The notes under the pieces are model-generated. The model ran no database searches and was not told the DNA's origin. It saw only the letters and a program-made list of their open reading frames with translations. From assembly GCF_964194155.1 (NCBI RefSeq), contig NC_135884.1, forward strand, positions 21,638,001 to 21,702,000: a DNA stretch of 64,000 nt. The letters are read 5' to 3'. Below are positions 1-13,779 of the stretch, piece after piece. Made by a program: the position numbers and the translations under genes. How positions within the stretch are numbered: position 1 is the stretch's first letter; every line of letters starts with the position of its first letter. Origin of the DNA: Cetorhinus maximus (taxonomy: Eukaryota).

Positions 1-562
1 GGGCATGAGAAGGACTTTTTGAACTTATCTTTCAAAAGTCCCCTCATGCAGACTATGGTTCATGACACCTCTGAGGTGCCTCATGACTCTTGGATATTCT
101 GGACCTAGACCATGAAAATTGCAGAGGACTAGGATATATCTGCCCCCACAATGGAGCCAGCCAAGTCGGGAGTGCAGAATGTGGGCTGATTTGGGTCAGA
201 AGCACACACCCTTAAAAGGCACTGCACTCACAAAAATTGGAAATCCTGGGAATGGGTTTGGAAATCATGGAATCTGAATCCGCCTGCCATTTTTAAAGGG
301 CTCCCAAGTCACCCTGACTTAATGAAAATCCAGGCCAATAACTACACTTCAAAAATACTTCATTGGCTGTGCAACATTTTAGTATATTCTGAGGTCATAA
401 ATACTGTACTATGCTGCAGTCCTTGATCCCGTGTCCTTCTGTAAAGTATGACTTGTCACTAGGCATTTTACATATTTTTCTATTTATATCCATTCTACTT
501 CACCCAGTCTTGAGAACAATAACATGATTTGATAATGCAATTTAATAATTCTTTTTCTCTAG

Positions 563-808
<246 letters not shown>

Positions 809-2245
809 TAAAATAGTACTTCTATTTAAATTTTTTTGGGAAAAATTAATTTGTTCTGCTGAAATGTACATCTTCATGGATTCAGATTGTTAGAGCTCTT
901 GTGAAATGCTGTTTCATTCGTAAATGTATATCATTTTGCTTTTAAAAGCTGCTTTGTGTGAGCCTTTATTGAAAAAAAACACAAGCTGAAATGCAATGTT
1001 CAATGCCTGTTATCACTGCTGTTATGATTTGTAATGCAGTATACTTGAAAAATTCAGGCTGCCATAAGCTTTCGCTAATAGCCATTCTGAGCCATGTTTT
1101 GAGTAGTTCTATTATGATTGTCTTTTGTGCCTGTGCATACTGCCTGGCCACAACAGTATGAGCTGCATTTCAGGTGACTGAGATAAATTTTAAAGACAGC
1201 ATTATGTTTTAAAACATGTTAAAGGAAGGCATTAACTTCTTGGAAAAAATATTTGGCAGATTTCTTTTATTTGTGAAAAACAAGGACCATGAATCATGTT
1301 TGTCACAATGAGGAAAGACTTCCTCTATGCACCATGTATGAACCCACTTAGAATGAATATATATTGGTCCATGATATTCTGTCAAAATAATGGTGAGGTT
1401 AATCGTGTTGACTGTTATTTATGAGCAAATGGTACAGCAACTTCAGGATAGGGGCAGATGTGCAGTTAAAATCAAATATCCAAAAATGGCATCTTGCTGC
1501 ATTAAATGGTGTGAAGTTGCTGTATTTGCACAGTAGATATGAACAAAACGTGCCACAGAAAGTTAAGTATTTTCCATTTCAGCCTAAGCACCCTTTAAAC
1601 AGTGTGATCAGAGTTAATTCCTGCTCAGCAATCTGACATTGCAAATTAACTATTACAAGTGTGGAGTCTCAGTCCATCAGGTTTTAACTTTTGGTAAAGA
1701 TTTAATATAAATATAATATAAAATATAAAACAAAATACATTCTGTCTCTTTTCTTCCTATCTCTCAATCCAATCTTTCTTTCCCTTTCTTTATTTCGCTT
1801 TCTGTGCTTGATTTGAAACTGAATTCGCCCACTGTAATTTACACTTCCTTCTCAGTCCCTGTGCTGTTAATTTCACAATCGTTCAATCTAATTTGTTAAG
1901 GAGATAAATAGTTCTTTTATCCAGGTCACAGATGACCTGTTACCCTTACTGTGACATTATCAGCTCATACTTTCAACAAATTGCCATGCCAGGCATAAAG
2001 TGTGAAAGCTTAAACATACAAAGGCAAGTCTAACTAAAGGTAGGCAATGTTAGATGCCTTGTTAAACAATGACAATGTTAGATGCTACAGCAAATTAGGA
2101 ACCATTACACATTGAGGAAACCTTCTCCAATAAGTACTCATGGAAAAAGCACACACTGACACATGTGCATTGCTGACATTAATATTTCTTCCACTGAGCA
2201 GAGGGAACTTCCTCACTAATTACTCAAATAACGGAGAACTTAATA

Positions 2246-2993
2246 GGCCAGATTTTGCAATAAGAATGATGATGGGGCTAACAGCGCTGTTAGAACAAGG
2301 TAAATCAAAGAACAACTGCTGACATTTGCAATGTGCAGTTAAGCACGGATATCTGGAAGTTGCTATCAGAGATATCCTGCTCTCCTACAGGGTGCAACCC
2401 TCACTGATAGGTTCAGCACTGAACAGGGTGCAGTTGTGGTACTTATCCACTAATTTCCCAATAAAGATGGCTGAAAACGTTAGGGCTGGTACATTTAGGA
2501 GCAAGTGAGCTGTTAACAGCATGAAAAGTGTTAATTACTACTGAGGAACCCCACTTGCCCAGAAAAATTAATTTTTCAAGTACTGAGTCTCTCGCTCAGA
2601 AAATAATTGGTGTTGGAGATTTTAAAAATGAATAATTTTATTTCTTCTTTTTCTGCCTATCTTTTTCTTTCTCCCTTAAACTCACTTGTATTTCCCAATC
2701 TTTATTTTACTTCATGTTCAGGATTTAAATCTAGTTTATATTTCCTGTTTCTTACTTCCTATTTGAGACACTGCATGTCTCAGCAAGGATTCTCCAATCT
2801 AATTGGTTGAAGAACCTTGTCATTTCTCGCCATGCTCACAGATGCAACAGATGTGCTCTAGGTAGGGCTGCATCGGACCAGACAACAGACTAGAGCAAGT
2901 CCGTGCTCTTAAGTGCATGGAAACTTTGTGGCCTTTGTCAGAGAAATGGATGGCAAGTCCCATTCCTTCATCACTGACTGTAAAACCTGGGCC
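2246..2993. mobile_element. Old TIR-type element
   Basis: GGCCAGATTTTGCA...TGTAAAACCTGGGCC ends. The TSD is not preserved. Confidence 0.45.
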
Positions 2994-3639
2994 AGTGTGT
3001 TTAACAGAGAAAATTCTTACAGCATCTGATTACCTTGGTGACATTGTAAAATTGTGTTTCAGATTTGAACACACATGATTGGGTGGTTGTTCAGTGGGTA
3101 CTTGCACTATGTGGTGTGATTCTAAGTCATGTCATCCATAAAGGTGTTGGGTTCATTCCCTGGACTTTGCTGAACTATCTGCTCTGGGGTAGCGTTGGAG
3201 AAGCACACTTATCCTTAACATTTCTTAGCTACAAAAGGAAAAGTATGGTGAATGTTCCTAACCTAATGACTAGCCAGTAACCCTTGCTGGAATCACAGAA
3301 TATCACAGTGCAGAAGAGGCCCTTCGAGTCTGGACCGACGTGTGAGAAACACCTGACCTACCTACCTAACCCCATTTACCAGCACTTGGCCCATAGCCTT
3401 GAATGTTATGACGGGCCAAGTGCTCAGCCAGGTGCTTTTTAAAGGATGCTATATCAGCTAAAGACAGGATCAGGTACTGTAATAATTTCCATGGACCAAT
3501 AACCTAGCAATACTCATATAAAATAGGTAGTGGCAGACAGTTGATCCAATTTTAACCTTTGACTCCACATTTTTTTGAGAGTTGAGAGCAATATCTGCAA
3601 GTATTAAAAACCGACACTCCATAAACTTGAGATTATCCA

Positions 3640-4098
3640 AAACACTGCTGCCATTGCCCTTAATTGCACCAACGCTTGTTTGCCCACACCCTGTACTCTC
3701 TGACCAACATTGGCTCTCAATTAAACAAAACCTCAGTTGTAAAATTCTCACCCTCATTTGCAAATCCCTCCATGACACCTCCCCTCCCTATCTGTGTAAT
3801 CTCCTCCAACCCCACAACCCTCAGTGATATCTGGCCGTTACAGCATCCGTGATTTTAATCGCTCCACCATTGGTGGCCATTCCTTCAGCTCTGGAATTCC
3901 CTTCTTAAACCTCTCCACTTCTCTTCCTCTCTTTCCTCATTTAAGATGCTCCTTAAAACCTATTCTTTGACCAAGCTTTTGACCATCTCCTTAATATCAC
4001 CTTGCTTGCAGTGATAAATGTTGCTTTATAACATTCCTGTGAAGCACCTTAGGAAGTTTTAAAGCCTTAAGGCACAATATAAATGAAAATTGTTGTTG
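3640..4098 (+). mobile_element. L2-type LINE 3' fragment
   Basis: PVLSDQHWLSIKQNLSCKILTLICKSLHDTSPPYLCNLL and a tataaatgaaaattgttgttg tail. Confidence 0.7.
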
Positions 4099-5005
4099 AG
4101 ATGGAGACTTAAAAGTCAGCTTTTTATTGGACAAATCTGCTTCATTTTTTCACAATTTTTTTGGCTGCCTTATGCCTATGCAATCAAAATATAATTCAAG
4201 AAAGATATATATTATACACACATATAATCATTTACTTTAACTTGGGGAAATAAAAATGACACTATTAGTAATGCTGAAATAAGTAATGAAAATATTTGCT
4301 TCTATTGCTCTGAAAATCTAATGCTTGTGTTTCATGATTTGCAACCCTACACAGCGTTGCAGGGAAAGATAATGGGTCTACTATACTGACTATTATTGAA
4401 AAGCTAATGAGCACCAACCAGCTTATTAATACTGGAAATATGCCACCGGGATGAATGGAGAGTTAGGGTTCCTTTCATTCCAAAAAAAATCATTAAAAAT
4501 GACATTGCTCATTTTTTTTCTCTTGCTTCTCAGGGTTTTTCATTTAGCAATGGACATTGTAGTGTAAAATGTATTCCAAATATTTCCATTATGGAATTCT
4601 CTGAAGAAATATGTTTGTGTAGCATCTGGAGTGTAAGGAAACAAACTTATTTATAGTACATCCGGAATACTTCGTTTGATATCGGACTTCTCCGTACAAG
4701 TTTTACTTGTCTTCAGGATGGCAGAGACTTTGCTCATCCTTGAGATGGGTAAAAGTAAAGAACAAATTAGTGAACCATTAAACTCTGATTGGTATATAAC
4801 AGCAGTAATAACATGCATTTATATAGCACCTCACACATTGTGCAGTGCCTTGGGACATACTTCAGAGGCATAATCAGTCAAAATTGAAAGCTGAGCCAAA
4901 GGAAATGATATTAGGGGAAATGATTAAAAGTAGGGCATTATTCATGTATATTTACTCAAATCAGTAAGTTGTATCAATATTGTGCTGTTGTCTGCTTGTT
5001 TTTAG

Positions 5006-5217
5006 GGGAGACTATTTTTAATATTGACAGTGGTAGAAATGCACCGCTACATGCCCCACCATCTGAACATTACACCATCATCTTTAACACTTTTGTCTTG
5101 ATGCAACTCTTCAATGAAATCAACGCTCGCAAGATACATGGGGAGAAAAATGTGTTTGACGGCATTTTCAGAAATCCCATCTTCTGCAGTATTGTATTTG
5201 GCACTTTTGCAATTCAG
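5006..5217 (+). CDS. ATP2B2: PMCA2 internal coding exon
   Basis: ttttag|GG acceptor and CAG|gtattg donor. Reads (G)[70 protein letters not shown]. 212 nt, phase-compatible with the previous exon. Confidence 0.96.
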
Positions 5218-5360
5218 GTATTGGAGAAAAGAAATTTCTGATTAATTAACAGCTTCACAATTGTTTTTCTATTAATGGCAAAGTAATGCTTTTGAAAGAT
5301 ACAAATAAAGATTAGTCGCAAACAGTGTTTTACTCTGACTGTCAGTGTTTCATTGAGAAG

Positions 5361-5597
5361 CAAAAGCAAAACACTGCGGATGCTGGAAATCTGAAACAAA
5401 AACAAAAAATGCTGGAAAAACGCAGCAGATCTAGCAGCATCTGTGGAGAAAGAAACAGAGATAACATTTTGAGTCCATATGATCCTTCAGAGGAAGAAGG
5501 GTCTGAAGAAAGGTCATAAGGACTCGAAACGTTAACTCTGTTTCTCTTTCCACAGATGCTGCTATACCTGCTGAGTTTTTCCAGCATTTTCTGTTCT
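5361..5597. mobile_element. Penelope-type terminal-repeat remnant arranged as an inverted pair
   Basis: Inverted arms of ~100 bp (aaaatgctggaaaaacgcagcag.../...ctgctgagtttttccagcatttt) flanked by a 15-bp direct repeat TGTTTCATTGAGAAG (5346-5360, 5598-5612). Related pieces at ~28060-28180, ~35035-35130 and ~57000-57095. Confidence 0.7.
5499..5540 (+). ncRNA. Minimal hammerhead-ribozyme-like motif
   Basis: CTGAAGA-A-[aggtc ataag gactc]-GAAAC-GTT-aactct contains the CUGANGA and GAAA core boxes, a short helix II and a palindromic helix III. Helices I and II are partly decayed in this copy. Confidence 0.55.
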
Positions 5598-6399
5598 TGT
5601 TTCATTGAGAAGTGTTCTAATCCTTGAATATGGTACCTCAGTTTGGAAAGCTTTAGCTTGTTATTGAACAGTTCCTTCATCAGGATGGTGCATTGATTCT
5701 CAGTCTTGTCCTGCAGCCTGGATAAAATTATATCATTGTGCTGTTCAACCATCCCAGTGACTTTATCCAACCATTATTCTGAAAAATAGTCTTATCTCTG
5801 GGCTAGCCACTTTTGGGTTAAAACACTCCTACCAGGGTTCCAGCTGACATTCCAACTCAGTATTGAGAGATTGCAGCATTGCTGTAGGTTCTTTCCTTCA
5901 GATTAATGCCCTGAGGCATTTGGGGGTGATAACATGCTAATAAATGCAACTCTTAATATTAATAAATCAGCACGTATTATACCAAGCAACTTGGAAAAAA
6001 AAACTTTTTAGTAATATTCCTTCTAGTTTATTCTGAGGTTCCTTCTGTAATGTGATATTTGTTCTGTACATTTAAAGTATTTATTACTTAATCCGACTTG
6101 AGGCTCTTTCAGTTCACATTTTTTCCTTCCATAAGTTTTTTCTATGATGATCTCCCCTTGTTCCTCAGCATAAAGCTATAACTCTTGCTGTGGTATGGTG
6201 AGGGCTCTGTAGGCCCTTTCTGAAGTGGACATGTCCATGGCTGAGTCTGCACAGTTTTCAGTGTCAGTGGTCATCACACACGAACCTGACCCAATCACAT
6301 TAACTTCAGTTCCAGTAATGGCTGCTGGAGAGCTATTAGGAACAAAAGTCTTGACTGATTTTCCCAAATTTACCCCCTTCCAATCCTTCCCTTAGTACA

Positions 6400-8255
6400 A
6401 ACATGCTGACATCAATTGTAGTAGGCTATTCGGTCCTTCAAGGCTGCTCTGACATTCGATAAGATCATGACTGTTCTGGATGTGGTCTCAACTCCACTTT
6501 TCTGTCTACCTTCCAATAACCCTTGACCCCTTTATCCATCAAAAATCTATCTAACTCAGTCTTGAATAAATTCAATGAACCGGCCTCTGCTGTTTTCTGC
6601 AGAAGAGAATTCCATAGACCAATGACCCTCTGAGAGAAAAAAAATTCTCCTCATCTCCATCTTTAAAGGGAGACCTCTTATTTTTAAACTGTATCTCCTA
6701 GTTCTAGTCTCCTCAACAAGAGAAAACATCTTCCCGGTATCTACCCTATCAGGTCGTCTCCAGGATCATATATGTTTCAATAAGATCACCTCTTCTTCTT
6801 CTAAATTCCAGTGGGTATTGGCCCAACCTGTTCAATCTTTCTTCATAAGATAAGTCCTTTATTTCAGGCATGAGTCGAGTGAACCTTCTCTGAACTGCTT
6901 CCAACACAATTATATCCTTTTTCAAATAATGAGACCAACACTGTACACAATAGTCCTGGTGTGGTCTCACTAAAGCCCCGTATAGCTGCAGTAAAGGCTC
7001 CTTTACTGTGAGGGTGTTGATTAATCCTATCACATTGCACATTCCCAAGTCTAGAATAGCCTGCTCCCTGGTTGGAGCTGGAATGTACTGCTCTATGAAA
7101 TTGTCTTGAACACACTCTATGAACTCATTTTCCAAGCTACCTTTACCAACCTGATTCGCCCAATCTACATGTTGATTAAAGTCATCAATGATTATTGCAG
7201 TACCTTTCTTACACACACCATTTACTACTTCCCGTATACTTTGTCTTACAATGTAACAACGATTAAGGGGCCTATAAACTACACCTGCAAATGACCTCTT
7301 AGCTTTCCTATTTCTTACTTCTACCCAAACTGATTCTACATCTTGCTATTTCAAGCTCAGGTCATCTCTCACAACTGTACTAATGTCATCCCTAATTCAC
7401 AGAGCTACCCACCACCTTTTCCTAGCTTCCTATCCTTCTGAAATGTCAGGTACCCTTCAATATTCAGGGTCCGCCTTGGTCACCTTATAACAATGTCTCT
7501 GTAATGGCTATCAAGCCATACATACTTATTTCTATCTGTGCTAACAGTTCATCTATTTTGTAACAAACGCTGCATGCATTCAGATACAAAGGCTTTAACT
7601 CTGTCTTTTTACCATTTTTGTAATCTCTGGCCTTATCTGCTGGTGCATTCTCAGGTTTGTATGATCTATCCCTTCCTACCACACTCTGGTTATCATTACT
7701 GAAATCATTACCCTTCTCTATTACCTCTTTGTTTCTGTTTAATTTACTACATCTCCCCTCACATGATCCCTTCCCCCCACTATTTATTTGAAAGCCCTCT
7801 CTCCTACCCTTGTTATATGACTTGCCAGAACACTAGTCCCAGCACAACTCAGGTAAAGACCATCTCAACAGTACAGCTCCCACTTTCCCCAGTACTGGTG
7901 CCACTACCCCAGGAATCAAAACCCAATTCTGCCACACCAGTCTTTAAGCCATGCATTAATTTTTCCAATCTTACCCTACGCCAATTTTCTCATGGTTCAG
8001 GTAATAATCCAGAGACTATTTGAGATTTTGCTTTTTAGTTTAGCCCCGAGTTGCTCATACTCCCTAAGCAGAAGCCTTTTCCTACTCCTATCTATGCTGT
8101 TGGTACCCACAGGGACCACAATAACTGGATCCACCCCTCCCACTGCAAGTTCCCCTCCAGCTCAGTGCAGATGTACGGAGCCCTGGCAACAGGCAGGCAA
8201 CTCAGCCGTCTGGTCTTTTGATCAGACAGAGAACTGTGTCTATCCCCCTGACTGT
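6400..8255 (-). mobile_element. CR1 LINE with an internal deletion of the RT domain
   Basis: ORF1 esterase remnant at ~7800-8250 and endonuclease (YLNACS, IAITET, PTREQAILDL) fused in frame to the ORF2 C-terminus (LQLYGALVRPH) at ~7000, followed by the 3' end. Confidence 0.85.
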
Positions 8256-8349
8256 GCTGTCCAGATTGAGAAGAAATTACTGGGACAGTCCAACAATTGA
8301 ACCAAGAATATTCTTGGTCCATATTGCTTCAGATTTTATGCTTTAATGA

Positions 8350-11120
8350 TAGTGTAAAGGGCAGAGAGGAAGAAGAGTTTCTGAAACATATTCAGGAGAA
8401 TTGTCTTGATCAGTAAGTTTCCAGCGCAACATGAGGAAGATGACATTGCTGGATCTTGTTCTGAGGAATGAGGCAGGTAAAGTGGAGCAAATGTCAATAG
8501 GAGACCATTCGGAGCACCATGATCACAGTATCAGAAGGTTTAGAATAGGTATGAAGTAGAAATCTAGAGTAAAATACTCAGTTAGAGGAGAGCTAATTTC
8601 AGCATGTTGAGAGCACTCCTATCCCCAGTAAATTAGAATCAAAGATTGGCAGGAAAACTGTAATTGAACAATGGGCTGCATTTGAAAAGGAAATGGTTTG
8701 GGTACAATCGAGGTACATTCCCATGAGGGGGGAAGGGAGGCCAAACAATGTCAGAGCTCCTTGGATGATGAAGGGCATAGAGAATAGGAGGAAACAGAGA
8801 AAACGGACTGAATTTTACACTCAGGACGGTGGTTTTGCTCCCTTGTGTAAAAGTCAGATGCAAACTGGCCAAGCAGATCAAACCCACTTCTGCTTGGCTG
8901 GCTCTTCCCATAGTCATTAAGCAGCTGACAGCCATTTAGTTGTTTTGGCAGAACATCTGCACCTTGCCAAGAGGAAGGCCTGAGAGAAAGCTGCTGGCCT
9001 GCAGCTCTCATGTCCCAGCAGTGCCACCTGGAGTGATAGCCACTGCTGGGGCTGCAATGAGGCTGAGAGGAAGATGTTCAGCATTGGAGCTGGGATGTAA
9101 GGTCAGAGTGGGGTCTTGCCTGTGGCAGCCCTTGGTGATGGGATTGGGGTGGGGGTGGGGGGGTGGTCTGGAAAGGGCAAGGCTGGCAGCACCAAGGCTC
9201 GCCAGGTTTTACTTGCCAGCCTGATGACCAGACATGGGCCTTTCCCGCCATGTGTAAAATTCCAACTGTGGTGGGAGGAGGAATTTAATTGGCCATTAAT
9301 TTCCCATTTAAGTGCCTCAACTGGCCCACAGATGAGCAGATGCCTATCATCTCCCCTACTGTTGGTAAAATTGCAGTGAGCAGATAGGTGCCAGGAACAG
9401 CACTGCAGGCATAGCACTCCCAATTTTATGGCCCCTCTGACCTGCCATCCTGCCCCTGGAGGGGCCATAAAATTCTGGCCAATGGCAGATGTCAGGTACA
9501 TAATACAATTGAGAACCAGAATGTAAAATGTTCATAGAGGAAGCGAAAAAGAAAATGAGATGCAAAGAGAGAGTATGAGAAGAGACTGGCAGCTAACAAA
9601 AAAGAGAATCCTAAAGTCTTCTATAGGCATATAAACAGTAAATGGATTATAGGAGGGGTGGGGCCAATTTGGAATCATATAGGGGATATATGCATGGAGC
9701 AGAGAGCATGGCTGAGACACTAAATGAATACTTTGAATCTGTCTTTACCAAAGAAGAAGATGCTGCTGGATTTATAGTGAAAGAGGAGATAATTGAGATA
9801 CTCAATGGGCTACAAATTGTTAAAGAGGAAGTATTAGGAAGGCTGGATGTACTTAAAGTTGGTAAGTCATCTAGATGGAATGGGGAAAGCTTTTAGAAAC
9901 ATTAAAGTGGGAGAAAATTAACAGTCAATTGGGCAAGTGTGTATTAATTAAGGAAAGCCAGCATGGATTTGTTATAGGCAAGTCATGTTTAACCAGCAAC
10001 TGAGTTTTTTGATGAGGTAGCAGAGAAGGTTGATAAGGGTAATGTGGTAGATGTGGTGCACATCGCCTTCCAAAACGTGTCTGGTAAAGTGCTACATTAT
10101 GGAGTTATCAGCAAAGTTGAAACCCATAGAATAAAAAGGGCAAGAGCAGCATGGATACAAAGTTGGCTGAGTGACAGGAAACAGAGTGTAGTAATGAATG
10201 ATTGTTTCTCTGACTGGAGGTACATATACCATGGGATTCCCCAGGCTCGGTACTAGAATTGCTGCTTTTCTTGATATGTACAGAACATATTGAGAAAGTG
10301 GTTAAAAAGGCATGTGGGGTCCTGAGCTTTATAAACAGGACATGGGGTACAAAATCAAGGAAGCCAAGATGAACTTTATAGAACTGGAGTATCATCTCCA
10401 AAACTTGGGCACCACACTGTAGGAACAGTGTGAAGGCTTTAGAGAGGGTGCAGAAGAGATTTACTAGAATGGTTCCAGGGATGAGGAACTCCATGTGGAT
10501 AGATTGGAGAAGCTGGAGTTGTTGTTCTTAGAGAAGAGAAGGTTGAGAGAAGATTTGATAGAGATGTTCAAAATCATGAGGGGCATAGAAAGAATAGATA
10601 GAGAAAACTGTTCCTGTTGACAAATGAATTGAGAACCAGAGATTACCAATTTAAAGTGATTGGCAAAAGAATCAAAGGCAACATGAAGAAAAACTTGTTT
10701 ACGCAGCGGTTAGGATCTGGAATGCACTGAGTGTGTGGTGGAGGCAGATCCAATTGTGGCTGTCCAAAGGGAATTGGTAAACACCTGAAGAGAGAAAATT
10801 TGCAAGGCCATAGGAACAGGCAGGAGAGTTGGATGAGCTAAATTGCTCTTGCTGAGAGACAGCACACACAAGGCTGTGGAGGCCAGGTCATTGAGTGTAT
10901 TTAAGACTGAGATAGATAGGTTCTTGATTGGTAAAGGGATCAAAGGTTACGGGGAGAAGGCAGGAGAATGGGGTTGAGAAACTTATCAGCCATGATTGAA
11001 TGGCGGAGCAGACTCGATGGGCCGAATGGCCTAATTTCTGCTCCTATGTCTTATGGACTTATAGCACGGACTCGATAGGCTGCATGAGCTCTTTGTGTGC
11101 TGTAGCCATTCTGTGGTTCA
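8350..11120 (+). mobile_element. Decayed CR1 ORF2 fragment carrying a TIR element (8805-9480) and a nested CR1 3' end (10866-11062)
   Basis: MAETLNEYFESVFTKE, VDVVHIAF and WIQSWLSDRKQ motifs. The nested piece is flanked by an AGCAC duplication. Confidence 0.85.
8805..9480. mobile_element. Related TIR element with a different interior
   Basis: GGACTGAATTTTA...TAAAATTCTGGCC, flanks AAC/AAT. Interrupts a CR1. Confidence 0.72.
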
Positions 11121-11241
11121 AAATATAGGACTCAACTCATGTATAAGAATAATTTAGGAATAAATATCAAAAATTGTGACAGTGCTATTTTAAAAGTCAG
11201 GTTCTGATTTTTTTTCTTGTTGTCTCTCCCTATTGCTGCAG

Positions 11242-11349
11242 ATTGTAATTATTCAGTTTGGTGGAAAACCTTTCAGTTGTATTCCTCTGCAAATAGACCA
11301 GTGGTTGTGGTGCATCGTTCTGGGAGTGGGAGAGTTGCTATGGGGACAG
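11242..11349 (+). CDS. ATP2B2: PMCA2 internal coding exon (last transmembrane segments), absent from the ORF track
   Basis: ctgcag|ATT to CAG|gtaatg, 108 nt. Reads [36 protein letters not shown]. Confidence 0.95.
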
Positions 11350-13032
11350 GTAATGATTTATTCTGAATTCATAAAGAAACGTTGAAAAATATGTAAATCT
11401 TTTCCAAAGTCCATGGTTGTAAATGCCATCTATATCCATGCAAAATGGGGACAACACATCTGGTATCTGAATAGTCCCTTCAAAATGTTTTGATACACAA
11501 CCAGCTTTGAGGCACTTTGAAACAGGTGACATTAAGTATGTGGATACAGCAGTCCTGTAAAAAGATCTAAATAAGAGCTGTTATATATTTTAGTACCACA
11601 AAGACCTGTTTAAAACAATCAAACAACTTGGGTGCCAGCAATTATTTCCATTTTCCCTTGAATTAAAAAGCATTTCTTTTTAAACTTGATTGCTGAATGA
11701 CAGAGAAGTGCCTGGGTTTCTACTACCTAATTTTCATAATGTGCCACCAAAGTGCAGTGTATAAAGTCTGTACAGGTATGAAACTTTAAATTATATGTAG
11801 TTTAAATTATATGATTGCTCTCAAAGCAGGCTTGTATAACTGGCCTCAAAATAATTAGTTTACACGAGGATGCAAGTCAGGGACTATAACGTTGAAATTT
11901 GCACCTTTGTTGCAAAATTGTGACACTATAAATGAAGAATTACAGAGGATTACTTTTTATCTTGTGATGCTTGGACCCAATTGAGCTGTGCAACAATGTT
12001 AAACAATGGCTTGTCTCCAATTACTGTGCTTGAGCATATAAGAAGTTACTGTAGCCTGTTGGAACTCGATTCAAATCTTCCTGTTTGTTTCAAAAAGGCA
12101 TGTGTTAGCTGTCCAGTAGAATAAGCCGCCTTGCAGAGACTTCCTAAGAAAATGGTGTTGGCCAAATTTTGAGAGACACATTAATTCTTTACCAAACACC
12201 AAAGTATGTCGCACCAGCAGCATATACTTCAGGAGAATAAACATAGCAACCGGAAGGCCTCCTGATTCATAATTCCATGAGGATCCGTTTTATAAAAAGA
12301 AACCTTTTCAGATCTTACATGGTTATGGTTGTCAACTCTGGTTGGACATATGCCTAGAGTTTTCTCACTAGACTTGCTGTCTCCCACTGCCCTGTCCAAT
12401 TAAACAGCATGTTTTCCCCCTCAGTAATATGTTTATAGCTAATAAACAATAATGTTCAAAGAAAATGAAGAAAACACACAATTTTTTGATGCCCGTATGA
12501 TTTTTCTGTTGGGTTGCTCAAAGCAGTGTCCAGGACATTAATGTTTAATTCCTGAGAGACTCCATAATTCTGGAATGTTAGTAACTCTCTACATGACATA
12601 CTTTACTACTCTTTACAGCTTCTCTGCTCTGAGAGAGGCCAGGCAACTCACCTGGAGTGATCTAATGCCTACTTCTTATGGCTGCCTGCCTTCTGCAGGA
12701 AAATGAGACAGGGCATTCAATCAGACACCCCTCATTTCACTTATTTGGCTTTGTTTCCAGGGAGCTTGACTGCTCTGCCCCATCAGGGGACCAGCAGGAA
12801 ATCAATGGGCATTGTAAAGCGGGTGAAAATTCAGTCTATCAAGCCTTTGTCCTTTCTTCCTGCATTTCGTACTTAGGGACTGAGTGTTCCCCAGATGAAA
12901 AGGAAAGGAAAACCAATCCTTTAGATTGTTTGCTGTTTCCTCATTGATAATAGTGGAAATCATCATGTTTGCTTCCCTGGCACGATGAAGTAAAAGAGTT
13001 TAACAGCCTATGTCCATTTACCCACTTCTCAG

Positions 13033-13215
13033 ATAATATCCAGCATTCCAACTAATCGACTGAAGTTTCTGAAGGAAGCAGGCCATGGAACTCAGAAGGA
13101 TGACATCCCAGAAGAGGAACTTAATGAAGATGCTGAAGAAATTGATCATGCGGAGAGAGAACTTAGGCGTGGGCAGATTCTTTGGTTCAGAGGTCTGAAC
13201 AGGATCCAAACTCAG
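13033..13215 (+). CDS. ATP2B2: PMCA2 exon encoding the acidic stretch and first half of the calmodulin-binding domain
   Basis: ttctcag|ATA to CAG|gtatgc, 183 nt. Reads [61 protein letters not shown]. Confidence 0.96.
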
Positions 13216-13779
13216 GTATGCTCAGTGCCATTAGGACTACAAACCTTTGTTTTAAAAAAAACATATTATACAGCCATATTCATCCTCATATTATAATAAC
13301 CAGGTACCGTGTATCAGGTAGGAGGTTATTTCCTTATTTTGTAGTACATAGGCACGATGGGCCAACTTTCTTCCTCCTTGTACTGCATCATTCTATGTTA
13401 AATTGTTGCTTTTTCATACAGTTTTTTTAATGAATAGAACTACTTGTAGAAACAGATTTACACAAGACAGATTAATGTTCCCCTCTCTGTTTTTGTTTTA
13501 AATGCCTGTGTAGTGTTGTTCCAGCTGGTAGGAAGAATAGGTTGGTTGCTTCACCTTGTGATATTCCTCTGGGAATCAGTTACCTGCCCTCAGCACCTTC
13601 CTCTCATGGATCACCTAAGGTTATGTGAAAGAAGTAATAACGATTTTTAAATCACAAAGGAATAAATGATATGGATTTGGAGAAGTTTGTGAGTTGACCG
13701 AGACAAATAAATAAGGGAACATTGCTACATTGGAAACCAACTTCCAGATAAATATAACTAAAGCTACAATGACTCACAT

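Noticed and set aside
5342-5770. 142-aa minus-strand ORF
   Set aside because: It runs through the palindromic Penelope-type repeat and shows no recognisable protein.
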